Positions 36,372-45,475 of a stretch of DNA of 64,000 nucleotides are shown piece by piece; positions within the stretch are counted from its first letter, which is position 1; each line of letters opens with the position of its first letter. The position numbers and the translations under genes were made by a program. This DNA comes from Lentisphaeria bacterium UBA1407 (GTDB lineage: Bacteria > Verrucomicrobiota > Lentisphaeria > Oligosphaerales > Oligosphaeraceae), in assembly GCA_002305655.1 (NCBI GenBank), contig DBPZ01000118.1, positions 4,224-68,223 on the forward strand, written 5' to 3'. The notes under the pieces were generated by a model. It ran no database searches and was not told the origin of the DNA. It saw only the letters and a program-made list of their open reading frames with translations.

Positions 36372-38294
36372 TCAATGCTGCTCGATGAGGATTTCCCGTT
36401 GCGCGGTACCTATTTGCGGACCGATGATTTTACGTTCCTCGAGGATTTCGACGACTGTAGCGGCCTTGTTGTAGCCGATCTTTAGTCTTCTTTGCAGGTA
36501 TGAGATCGAAGCTTTTTGCTCGTTTAAAATGATTTCGATCGCCGCATTGACGAGTTCTTCGGTATCGGAGTCGAGTTCTTGTTCACTTTGCTGGTCGTTG
36601 TCAAGTCGTTGATCGTCTTGCTTGGCGGATTTGATCACGTTGAAGTCAAGTTCCGCATTGGATTGGCTTGCGCAGAAATCGACGACTTTACGGATCTCCT
36701 CCTCTGAGATGAATGCCCCTTGCAGCCGTTGCATTCTGATTCCATCGGCGGGCTTGTAGAGCATGTCGCCTTTTCCAAGGAGTGCTTCGGCGCCCTTGCC
36801 GTCAATGATGGTTCTGGAGTCGACTTGGGATGCGACCTGGAAAGCGATTCTTGACGGGAAGTTGGCCTTGATGATGCCGGTGATGACATTGACCGATGGT
36901 CGTTGCGTGGCGACGATGCAGTGGATTCCGACTGCCCGGGAGAGCTGTGCTATTCTTGCGAGTGCGGTTTCGACGTCTTGGCGCGATGTGAGCATGACGT
37001 CTGCCATTTCATCGATTATGACGACAAGGAATGGGATTTTTGCCGGGATTTCGTTGCCCTCATCATCGAATTCCGGTTCTTGCGGTTGCCTATTGTTGAA
37101 GGATTCGAGGTTTCGCGCGCCGACTTTGGCCAGGATTTCGTAGCGTCGTTGCATTTCGCTGATAACCCACCGCAAGGCGAGTACGACGAGGTCGTTGTCT
37201 GTGATGACGGGCACGACGAGATGCGGCAGCCGATTATAGACTGAAAGCTCGACGATTTTCGGGTCGACGAGGATGAGCCTGAGGTCTTCTGGGGAGAACC
37301 GATAGAGGAGAGAAATCAGGATATTATTGAGGCAGACTGACTTTCCTGATCCGGTAGCTCCTGCGACGAGGAGGTGCGGCGTCCTTGCCAGGTCGAGTAT
37401 GATATCATCCCCTTCGATGTTTTTTCCGATGATGACGGGAATTTGACCACCGTGGTTCTTGAAGTTTTCCCCGTTGATTAGGGCGCCTGATCGAACGATG
37501 TCGGATTTCGCATTGGGCACTTCAATGCCAACGCAGTCTTGCCCCGGTATTGGCGCGAGGATGCGGATTGATTGCGCGGCTAGCGCCATGGCGATGTCAT
37601 TGGCGATACGTGCGACTGATTCGACCTTGACGCCCCTTGCGACTCCAACCTTGTAGAGCGTGATCCTTGGCCCACTTTGAAAGCCGATGACGTCTGCGTC
37701 GATAAAGAAGGCATCCAACGTATCCTGGATAATCTTTGCATTTTTCTCCATTTCGTCGAGGTTGTCTTCAGCGACGATGTTGTCGAGATTAAGGAGTTTT
37801 ATTGGGGGTATTTGGTATGGCTGGTTGAGGACTGGTTCGGGGATGCTTGCCGTTGATTGCGCTTCTTGCTCCTCCAGGTCGATTTCCTCCAGGTCGATTT
37901 CCTCGAAATTGAATTCGAGTTGTTTTGAATCGTTGTTTTGCTGAGTTGACGTCAGTGGGTTCAGCTGCCTTTCCGCCAATTCTTTTTCGCGAAGGAATTT
38001 AAGTTGCCTTTTTTCCCTTGCGACTTGTTTTGCCTTAAATTTTCTAATGAGCTTATCGAGGAGTTCGCCATCGATCTCGGGTTGCATTTGCGCTGGTTCT
38101 GTGATTGGCTCTTCGACAGACACGATGATAGGTGTCGTTGTCGCTTCAGGCTTTTCGGGGTGTTTTTGGCATGGGGCGGCCGTGTTCTCCCTGCTGGTAT
38201 GCCAGGAGGACGTTCGAATCAGCTTATGCAAGCCGAGCCTTGCATATCTGAGCAGCAGTTGGGTTTCCTTGATGAAGAGGTCGATGATAGACAT
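36372..38294 (-). CDS. ftsK: DNA translocase FtsK/SpoIIIE (no recognisable membrane anchor)
   Basis: Walker A AGATGSGKSV, Walker B LVVIIDEMAD and the motor TQRPS. The C-terminal gamma winged-helix is ISYLQRRLKIGYNKAATVVEILEE. The N-terminal 150 aa are hydrophilic. Confidence 0.9.
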   Translation of the reverse strand: MSIIDLFIKETQLLLRYARLGLHKLIRTSSWHTSRENTAAPCQKHPEKPEATTTPIIVSVEEPITEPAQMQPEIDGELLDKLIRKFKAKQVAREKRQLKFLREKELAERQLNPLTSTQQNNDSKQLEFNFEEIDLEEIDLEEQEAQSTASIPEPVLNQPYQIPPIKLLNLDNIVAEDNLDEMEKNAKIIQDTLDAFFIDADVIGFQSGPRITLYKVGVARGVKVESVARIANDIAMALAAQSIRILAPIPGQDCVGIEVPNAKSDIVRSGALINGENFKNHGGQIPVIIGKNIEGDDIILDLARTPHLLVAGATGSGKSVCLNNILISLLYRFSPEDLRLILVDPKIVELSVYNRLPHLVVPVITDNDLVVLALRWVISEMQRRYEILAKVGARNLESFNNRQPQEPEFDDEGNEIPAKIPFLVVIIDEMADVMLTSRQDVETALARIAQLSRAVGIHCIVATQRPSVNVITGIIKANFPSRIAFQVASQVDSRTIIDGKGAEALLGKGDMLYKPADGIRMQRLQGAFISEEEIRKVVDFCASQSNAELDFNVIKSAKQDDQRLDNDQQSEQELDSDTEELVNAAIEIILNEQKASISYLQRRLKIGYNKAATVVEILEERKIIGPQIGTAQREILIEQH

Positions 38295-38543
38295 TTACAG
38301 CGTGAAAACGGTAATAAAACAAAAGCCCGCCCACAAAAACTCAGGCAGGCCAGGAAGTTAAATAATCTATCCCAAAGGCGGTGAATTTCAAATAGGTGGG
38401 TCTTTGTTTGCCTTGGTGATTTTTCCGCACGTTTTGTACTTTGGTCTTTCGTTACTATTTTGGTTCGTTTGTCAGGATTGCCGGGACGGATTATATTATT
38501 AAATTCTGATTAAATTGGATAAGGTTAAAGCGATTGGCCGTAG

Positions 38544-40034
38544 ATGAGTGTTGAGCAATTGGACATCAAGGAATTGCTGGGTCAGATATTGAGCGATCCG
38601 GAAGCTGCGTTGCGCCATTGGCGTGGCGGTGGCATACCTATCCAGTTGTTGCGTGAATTGTACGCGAAGCACGACCATTACGAAGTTGAGTGTTTTCTGG
38701 CGGGCTATGCTGAGACTCCGAGTCGCATATTGGAGGAGTTGTGCGAGAAATCGAAGAGTGTCCGTGTGCTTTCGTTGTTGGCGGTTCATCCCCGTACGCC
38801 GAAATCATCGTTGATGCAGCTATGCCGCGACGAGCGTGTAGAGTTGCGTTTGGCGGTAGCCGGAAGCAAGGAGATCAGCCCTCAGACCGCGTTGGTTTTG
38901 TGCGAGGACAGCGATGCTTTCGTTCGTTCGGCATTGGCGCGGAATTCTGCGATTACAGCGCGTGTCCAGGCGATATTGAGCAATGACTCGGTACCGTTTG
39001 TTCGTGCGTCGCTGCTGTTTTCAGGGAAACTGGACGAGGAGATCCAGCGCGCATTGTGTGATGACGTTGACGTGACGGTTCAGATTTTGGCGTTGTTGAG
39101 TCCTCGTCTTGACGAGTCTTGCCTGCTGGAATGGGCTGATTCAGACGACAGTTTGGCACAGCGTGTGATATTGATGCGGCCGCAGTTGCCTGAGAAAGTC
39201 TTGGAGTCGTTGTTGTTCAGCAGCGATTCCCGAGTTCAAAGCGCGGCAATTGGGCTGAAGGAGTTGACTGCTGACGAGATGGTCGGTTTTTCGCAGAAGA
39301 GTGACGAGCGAATTCGCGCAAAGATCGCATGTTCCCGCCTCGTGCCCGAATTGGTTCAATTGGTTTTGGCTGACGACAGTTGCGAGCGTGTTCGTGGCTT
39401 GCTTGCCGGGAACCGTTGCTTGCTGGGCACTGCTGCGATTCGGTTGTTGTCTCGTCCCACGGAAGGGGTCTTGGCAGCCCTGTCCGGAAATCCATCCGTT
39501 GAGTTGAAGCTGTTGCGTCCGTACTTCGAAGGCGCTGACGGCGAGGACTATTTGAGGATATTTGCGTGTCGCGACGGGTTATGCGGAGCTGATTTGGAGT
39601 ATGTTTTATTGCATGGCGGGGATGCTTCGCTGTACGGGTTGTGGCATTTGGAGGTTGATTGTCACGGGATGGGCGTTGGTGCGTCTCGTCGCCTTGCACG
39701 CCATGCTTTGCCGAGCGTGCGTAGTTTGGCTGCTGGCGCGTCGTCATTGCCATTGGCATTGATGATGGAATTGAGCCGTGATGATGCGAGTCAGGTGCGT
39801 TTGTGTTTGGCTAGGAACGAATCTGCTCCGACGACTGTGCTGGAGATATTGTCCAATGATTCGGATGCAGAGGTATCCAAGTCTGCTCGGGTGGGTTTGG
39901 CGCGTCGTGCCGAGTCGGCCGGGGTTGAGGAAGTTGTTTCTGGCGAATCTGTTGAATCGGAGGAAAGCGGCGATGTTCGCGGTGATGGAGGACCTCGTGG
40001 GTTGCTCAAGCGCTTGTTTGGGAAAACCGAATGA
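38544..40034 (+). CDS. Leucine-rich-repeat-variant (LRV)/HEAT-like repeat protein
   Basis: Repeated ~24-aa units of the form VR.ALA.N...P...L..L..D.D, e.g. FVRSALARNSAITARVQAILSNDSVPFVRASLL and VRLCLARNESAPTTVLEILSNDSDAEV. Confidence 0.5.
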   Translation: MSVEQLDIKELLGQILSDPEAALRHWRGGGIPIQLLRELYAKHDHYEVECFLAGYAETPSRILEELCEKSKSVRVLSLLAVHPRTPKSSLMQLCRDERVELRLAVAGSKEISPQTALVLCEDSDAFVRSALARNSAITARVQAILSNDSVPFVRASLLFSGKLDEEIQRALCDDVDVTVQILALLSPRLDESCLLEWADSDDSLAQRVILMRPQLPEKVLESLLFSSDSRVQSAAIGLKELTADEMVGFSQKSDERIRAKIACSRLVPELVQLVLADDSCERVRGLLAGNRCLLGTAAIRLLSRPTEGVLAALSGNPSVELKLLRPYFEGADGEDYLRIFACRDGLCGADLEYVLLHGGDASLYGLWHLEVDCHGMGVGASRRLARHALPSVRSLAAGASSLPLALMMELSRDDASQVRLCLARNESAPTTVLEILSNDSDAEVSKSARVGLARRAESAGVEEVVSGESVESEESGDVRGDGGPRGLLKRLFGKTE

Positions 40035-40102
40035 GATTACTAGTAAAAAGGCATTAAGATAGGTTTATCGAATCGATTAGGAACGAACAAGGAGTAGTCA
40101 TT

Positions 40103-40441
40103 ATGGCAAAGAGTCCTGTTGGCAAAACTGCGCCATTGAGTTTTGTCGAGATTGTGATGCGCGCTGATGCCGAGACGATTCGCGCGGCATTGGAAGCCCG
40201 TGTCAAGGTAGATGGGTTGTTGGCGGAGCGCGAAGAGGCGTACCGTCGGATTGCAGCATTGGAGGAACAGATCGAGCAGGTTATGGGCGAGCCGGGCGTA
40301 TTTGTGTTTCCTGAGCCTCCGATGCCGGTAGCCGGCTTTGCGTCGAAGCCGGCGTCTCGACCAGTTCCGAAGAAGCCGTCTGCTCCAAAGGCGGCATCAA
40401 CGGAAGCTTCACCAAAGTCTGCAGAAAAGTCCGGGGTATAA
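40103..40441 (+). CDS. Hypothetical small protein (helical N-terminus, Pro/Ala/Lys-rich tail)
   Basis: 112-aa ORF with ggag upstream (aacaaggagtagtcattATG). No family recognised. Confidence 0.45.
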   Translation: MAKSPVGKTAPLSFVEIVMRADAETIRAALEARVKVDGLLAEREEAYRRIAALEEQIEQVMGEPGVFVFPEPPMPVAGFASKPASRPVPKKPSAPKAASTEASPKSAEKSGV

Positions 40442-40461
40442 GCCTCTAATCAGTTTGGAAT

Positions 40462-40929
40462 TTGCCTGTGAGTTCATCGGAATCACAAGTCATATCCCTT
40501 CTCTGTTCGCGTGAGCGCGAGCTGATGAAGGTATGGGAATGCGAGGAGGCCATACGCGGTCTTCTTGGCGTTGCCGACTTTCCGTTTCCGGCCGTGCCTG
40601 ACCTGCCATCTCGCCGCAAGGTCAAGCGCGGTGCGACTCGTCGTGTCCCGAAACGTGACGCTGAACCTGTAGTTTCGTCGAGTTCGCTTTCTGTAGGTGA
40701 CGTTCCCGAGATACGCGGCTTGTTACCTGGCGAGTCAGCATACAGGCTTGAGTTCGAGTCTCGTGGACGTCGTGAATCGAGTTTCCACACGGATTTGGAC
40801 AGCGTGTTGAAGCTCTTCCAGGTGCCGAGTGACGATTTTCAGATGCATCGTGTTGAGACGGTTGCATTTAGGAGCGTAGATGATTGGGATTTGATCAAGG
40901 TATTGTGGGAGCGTAGGCGTAAAGATTAG
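40462..40929 (+). CDS. Hypothetical protein (start uncertain: TTG 40462, GTG 40468 or ATG 40525)
   Basis: ORF track only. It shares a helix-then-FPxP segment with 40103..40441 (GVFVFPEPPMP versus VADFPFPAVPDLP). Confidence 0.4.
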   Translation: MPVSSSESQVISLLCSRERELMKVWECEEAIRGLLGVADFPFPAVPDLPSRRKVKRGATRRVPKRDAEPVVSSSSLSVGDVPEIRGLLPGESAYRLEFESRGRRESSFHTDLDSVLKLFQVPSDDFQMHRVETVAFRSVDDWDLIKVLWERRRKD

Positions 40930-40947
40930 TTTTTATGTGTGTTTATC

Positions 40948-40976
40948 TTGAGAACTGAGATAAAAAGTTATATAAT
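40948..40976 (+). promoter_or_regulatory. Near-consensus sigma70-type promoter TTGAGA-N17-TATAAT
   Basis: TTGAGA at 40948-40953, a 17-nt spacer, then TATAAT at 40971-40976. It lies ~70 nt upstream of the first SPFH gene. Confidence 0.5.
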
Positions 40977-41048
40977 GTAGTTTTGGCGATTGGGGGACTT
41001 TGGGAGTTGAAGATAGTTATTTAGGCTGTGAACAAGAGGAAAAAAGCG

Positions 41049-43025
41049 ATGTCATCGACGAGTCCGCGACCGCGGAATTTATGTTATGGGATATCGGTAG
41101 TAGGATTGATCCTGCTAGTGGTAGGGATTTTGGTTGCCCGCAATGCGAATTGCTCAGTGATGTGGGTTGGTAGCGTATCCTGTTTAATGGTAGTGCTGTT
41201 TGGCCTTGTCGGCGCTGGTCGCTGTGCGTTCCAGCGGCGACAGTTGCTTGAGGAGGAGGCAGCTGCTGAGTTTCGTGTATCCCATGGTGCGAATGAATTG
41301 TTTGACGATGCTGACGAGGCTGTCCGGATGGCGACTCGTGCGAACATCCAGTACACGAAATACTTCGTTCCGATCATCACTGTCGCGATCGGTGCATTGG
41401 TTGGCATATATTGCCTTGTAGCGTGGCGGGTTTGGGCAGGTACAGAGGCATTTCCAATCGCGCCGAATCCGATGCCGATGGCCTTGTTGTGCGTGATCTC
41501 ATGGATTGCTTCGTTGATTGTCTGGAGTTACTTTGCGGGTGCGAGCCGCGAGAAGGGGTGTCGTTGGTTGCGTCCTGCGAGTGCATGGCTGTTTTTTTCA
41601 GGCCTATTGTTTTTGAGTTCATCGATAGCATTGTTTTTGGAGTATTTCAAGAAGGCAGTTGATACTGCTGACATCACGATAGCGCGTTTTGCGTTGGTTG
41701 CATTGTCGATATTGTCCATTGAGTTGATATTTGGTTTTGTGATTGAGTTTTACCGTCCTCGGATGCCTGGCGAGGAGGAGCGTCCGTTGATCGAGAGTCG
41801 AATCTTGTCCGTATTCACGGAGCCAGGCGGTGTTGCACGGAACGTAGCGGCGAGTTTGGACTATCAATTCGGCTTCCAGGTCTCGGAAGTATGGTTTTAC
41901 CGCTTTTTGGCGCGTACTGTCGTCCCGTTGATGGCCTTGATGGTTGTTTTGTTGTTGTTGCAGACATGTTTGATCGTCATAGGTTCAGACGAGCAGGGGA
42001 TTCACGAGCGTTTTGGTCGTGTCGTCAGCCAGGAGCCATTGTCTTCTGGCTTGTATTTCAAGTTGCCGTGGCCCTTGGCGAGAATCGTTCGTTTTCCTGT
42101 TGAACAGGTACAGGAGATTACATTGGGCACGGAGCATGGTCATGCTCATGCTCATGAAGAGGAGGTAGAGGACGACCATGGTCATAGCCACGGTCCCAAG
42201 AAAGAGAAGAAACAACACGATGATCGCGTGATCTTGTGGAGCGTGAGCCACAGCGATGATGACCATGGAGAAAACAATTTCATCGTGGCAAGACGTCCCG
42301 AAGGGGTGATAAACGACGATGGAAGCCGAGCGAAGGATGATGCGACGGCATACTTGGGACTGATCACCGCCCATATCCCAATGTATTTCAAGGTCAAAAA
42401 TCTCTATGACTTCGCGTACAAGCATGACAATTCATTGCAAATCCTCCGGAATTTGGCGACCCGCGAGCTGTTGCTGTACTTGACAAGCGTTGATATGATG
42501 GATGTATTGGGACCGAAGCGCTTGGAGGCGACCAGGGTTCTGAAGGAACGAATTCAGCAAACGGTTGACGAGATCGGACTGGGGGTTGAGATCATGTTCA
42601 TAAGTTTGGCTGGGCTTCATCCACCGACCGAGGTCGGACCGCTTTTCGACAATGTGGTTTCCGCGACGGAAGCCAGGAACGAGGTGGTTTTGCTGGCTCA
42701 GGCGGATGCCGTGAAGCGTGTGCCGACTGCCCGTGCCCGGGCATCACAGTTATTGAACCAGGCGGCTTCATACAAGCACGAGCGTGCGAATGTGCCCAAG
42801 GCCGAGGCGGATCGCTTCCTAGGTCAGTTGAAGGGCTTTAATTCCTGTCCCGAGGTTTTCAAGTTGTATAGTTTCCTGGATATGATGACGGCTTCTGGCA
42901 GCAAGAGCCGCAAGTATATCTTGTCTGATAGCTTGGGCAAGGAAGTCATCCAGTTGAATTTGGAAAAGAAGTTGAAATCCAGTTTATTGGATTTGAATTT
43001 GGGTGATGAGACTCCCGAGCAGTAG
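41049..43025 (+). CDS. Polytopic membrane domain fused to SPFH/band-7 (HflK-like) domain, with His-rich insert
   Basis: About 6 N-terminal TM segments plus the usual pre-SPFH TM. The SPFH core has GIHERFGRV, LYFKLPWP and YLGLITAHIPMYFKV. The insert is EHGHAHAHEEEVEDDHGHSHG. ATG 41049 (agagga upstream) is preferred to GTG 41028. Confidence 0.65.
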   Translation: MSSTSPRPRNLCYGISVVGLILLVVGILVARNANCSVMWVGSVSCLMVVLFGLVGAGRCAFQRRQLLEEEAAAEFRVSHGANELFDDADEAVRMATRANIQYTKYFVPIITVAIGALVGIYCLVAWRVWAGTEAFPIAPNPMPMALLCVISWIASLIVWSYFAGASREKGCRWLRPASAWLFFSGLLFLSSSIALFLEYFKKAVDTADITIARFALVALSILSIELIFGFVIEFYRPRMPGEEERPLIESRILSVFTEPGGVARNVAASLDYQFGFQVSEVWFYRFLARTVVPLMALMVVLLLLQTCLIVIGSDEQGIHERFGRVVSQEPLSSGLYFKLPWPLARIVRFPVEQVQEITLGTEHGHAHAHEEEVEDDHGHSHGPKKEKKQHDDRVILWSVSHSDDDHGENNFIVARRPEGVINDDGSRAKDDATAYLGLITAHIPMYFKVKNLYDFAYKHDNSLQILRNLATRELLLYLTSVDMMDVLGPKRLEATRVLKERIQQTVDEIGLGVEIMFISLAGLHPPTEVGPLFDNVVSATEARNEVVLLAQADAVKRVPTARARASQLLNQAASYKHERANVPKAEADRFLGQLKGFNSCPEVFKLYSFLDMMTASGSKSRKYILSDSLGKEVIQLNLEKKLKSSLLDLNLGDETPEQ

Positions 43026-43083
43026 GGCATGAATCACTGGGAAGGCAAGGAAATCATAGGAATTGAAATAGTTAGTTGGAGTA

Positions 43084-44064
43084 ATGACAATGAGCGAATC
43101 ACAAACGAGTCCAGCAGAAGCGAAACACGGATTGAGTCAGCATTGGCCTGTAGCCACGCTAGCCTTGGCGGTGGTTTTGATATTTGCGATAGCGATGATG
43201 ACATTCCAGGTCAAGGAGACTGAGTATGCAGTCGTGAAGACCTTGGGCAAGGCTAAGGTTGACGAATCTGGAGAAATCATCACGTATGAGCCAGGCTTGC
43301 ATTTCAAGTGGCCCTTTGTTGATCAGGTATGGCGTCATGACAAGCGTCTCCAATGCTATGAATTGACCACGGGGCAAATTGAGCAAATCACAACCCGCGA
43401 CCAATATCAAATTGTGGTTTCGACGTACATTTTATGGAAGGTTGGCGATCCTGGGTTGTTCATGAAGCGCTTCAAGTCCACGAGCGAGGCTCAAAAAAAG
43501 CTGGATTCCTTGGTACGCACAAGCCGAAACAGCATTTTGCCCCAGCACAACTTTTCAGATCTGGTATCTGTGAACCGTGGCGCTGAGATGGAGAAGATTG
43601 AGGCCGAGATGTTGGAATCCGTAGGCAAGGAAGCGATGAAGGAGTACGGGATTTCTGTTGCCCGCGTTGGCTTCAGGCAATTGGGTTTTCCTGAGTCTGT
43701 CACGACGAAGGTGTTTGACCGCATGGCTGCTGAGCGTCGTAGCAGATCCGAGGCATTGTTGGCGAGCGGGAATTCCGAGGCTTTGCGGATTCGCTCGGAG
43801 GCGGAGCGCAAGGCCGCTGAGATTTTGTCTGTGGCGGAAGCTGAAGCGAAGGAGATTCGCGGTCAGGGTGACGAGGAAGCCGCGAAGCACTATGCTGTAT
43901 TCAAGGAGAATCCTGAATTGGCGATGTTCCTGAGGAATTTGGATGCCTTGAAGGAGACCTTGAACGAAAAGGATACGTTGATCCTCGATACGAGCACGCC
44001 TCCATTCCATTTGTTTAAGGCGGGCGCGACGGACTTGGGCAAGGAACCTGCGAAATCCAAGTGA
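43084..44064 (+). CDS. hflC: SPFH/band-7 protein, HflC-like protease modulator
   Basis: Single N-terminal TM, then FQVKETEYAVVKTLGK, GLHFKWPFVD and ISVARVGFRQLGFPESV, followed by a coiled-coil tail. The alternative ATG at 43090 has better SD spacing. Confidence 0.75.
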   Translation: MTMSESQTSPAEAKHGLSQHWPVATLALAVVLIFAIAMMTFQVKETEYAVVKTLGKAKVDESGEIITYEPGLHFKWPFVDQVWRHDKRLQCYELTTGQIEQITTRDQYQIVVSTYILWKVGDPGLFMKRFKSTSEAQKKLDSLVRTSRNSILPQHNFSDLVSVNRGAEMEKIEAEMLESVGKEAMKEYGISVARVGFRQLGFPESVTTKVFDRMAAERRSRSEALLASGNSEALRIRSEAERKAAEILSVAEAEAKEIRGQGDEEAAKHYAVFKENPELAMFLRNLDALKETLNEKDTLILDTSTPPFHLFKAGATDLGKEPAKSK

Positions 44065-44125
44065 GTTTGCATTTTCCGGCAAGTCTGGACATTGAATCGT
44101 GTAATTGACCGAGAAGGTGAAATCC

Positions 44126-45412
44126 ATGGAAGAAGACGATAAGAAACTAGGAACAGGTCAGGCTGGCTTGGGCGATGTCCAGCCCCTGCCTAAGATAGCT
44201 GTTGCGCCAGGCGATCCAGCTCCGAAAGCCGAATCCGACTCATCGGGTTCCGGCATGAAGTCATTGATGCGGATGGCGCGTATATTGTTTTTGTGTTTGC
44301 GCGTTCTGATCATCGTGATCTTGGCATATTTGCTGATGAGCGGAGTATTTCGCGTTGACGAACAGAATGAGGCGATGCTGTTCAGGTTTGGCGCGTTGCA
44401 ATCTCGCCAGATTGAGAATCAGGAAACATCGGTATTGACCAGTGGTCGTTGGTATTGGGCTTGGCCGTATCCCATTGACTGGGTGAAGGTTTTGTCTGCT
44501 CAACGCACCGTTACGGTATCTACGGAGACGTTTTTCGAGCCGTGGGTCAAGCCTGAGCCTGGTCAGGCCCCAAATCGATTCCTCAGGCCTGGCGCGGATG
44601 GATATCTCCTCACGGGCGATACCAATATCATCCATGCCGTCGCTGAAGTAAACTACCGTATCGGAGATCCCCAAAAATACTATTTGGAGTTTTTCGATGA
44701 CAGCGAGGCGGAAGGTTTGAGCGGTTGGGACAGCGGCGAGACTACCGGGCATCATGGCCACGGGAAGACGGAGAAGAACGAACGGAAACGCGGAACGGTA
44801 GCCATCATGCAGAACTTGCTGGCCAATGCGCTGCTTAGCGTCAGCGCATCCTGGTCGGTCGAGGATTTGCGCACGAAAATCAAGAAGGTAGGCGAGACCA
44901 GCGTTAACATCGAGGTCAGCGTCCAAGAGAAGTTGGAGATGTATTTGAAGGAGATCGACTTGGGCGTTGAAGTCCAATCCGTGAAGGTTACATTCCAGTT
45001 GCCGTATGCGACATTGAAGGCTTTTGATAGCGTCTTCGCGGCTTCTGAGATGGGTAATGCCGAGAAGCAGAAGGCGCACTTGGATGCGTCCACGTTGCTG
45101 TCCAACGCGGATGGCATGGCGGCGAAGATTCGCAACGAGGCATTGGCATACAAGCGTAACATCGTGGAATCGGTTCGTGCGGACAGCACATATTTCAAGA
45201 CGGTTCTGGCTGAGTACAAGGATCATCCGGAGACGATGTTGATGGTTTTGTACACTGATGCATTGCAGGAAGCGTTGTCAAAGGTTGAGAACAAATATGT
45301 CTTGCACGAAAAGCAAGACTCGTTGCAAGAGATTCGCCTTCAGATCGGTCAGGTGCCCGAGAAGAGCAAGGCTCCGAACCAGGAACAGGAAGCGGGCGGG
45401 GCAGCGCAATAA
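44126..45412 (+). CDS. SPFH/band-7 protein, HflK-like, with short His-rich insert
   Basis: One TM (ILFLCLRVLIIVILAYLLM), then VDEQNEAMLFRFG and LLTGDTNIIHAVAEVNYRI. The insert is TTGHHGHGK. ATG 44126 is preferred to the track start at 44105. Confidence 0.65.
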   Translation: MEEDDKKLGTGQAGLGDVQPLPKIAVAPGDPAPKAESDSSGSGMKSLMRMARILFLCLRVLIIVILAYLLMSGVFRVDEQNEAMLFRFGALQSRQIENQETSVLTSGRWYWAWPYPIDWVKVLSAQRTVTVSTETFFEPWVKPEPGQAPNRFLRPGADGYLLTGDTNIIHAVAEVNYRIGDPQKYYLEFFDDSEAEGLSGWDSGETTGHHGHGKTEKNERKRGTVAIMQNLLANALLSVSASWSVEDLRTKIKKVGETSVNIEVSVQEKLEMYLKEIDLGVEVQSVKVTFQLPYATLKAFDSVFAASEMGNAEKQKAHLDASTLLSNADGMAAKIRNEALAYKRNIVESVRADSTYFKTVLAEYKDHPETMLMVLYTDALQEALSKVENKYVLHEKQDSLQEIRLQIGQVPEKSKAPNQEQEAGGAAQ

Positions 45413-45475
45413 ACAAACGTCAACCAGGATTGGAATGGTAAAATCCTGGACCAACATATCGAAGGGGAAAGAACG

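Noticed and set aside
44261-45226. Long antisense shadow ORFs (44261..45226, 58736..59551, 24774..25553, 28993..29724, 22133..22849, 57376..57984, 56506..57054)
   Set aside because: Each lies fully inside, and antisense to, a gene with clear family motifs. Compositions are Arg/His/Gln/Leu-biased, as is typical of frame-shadow ORFs.
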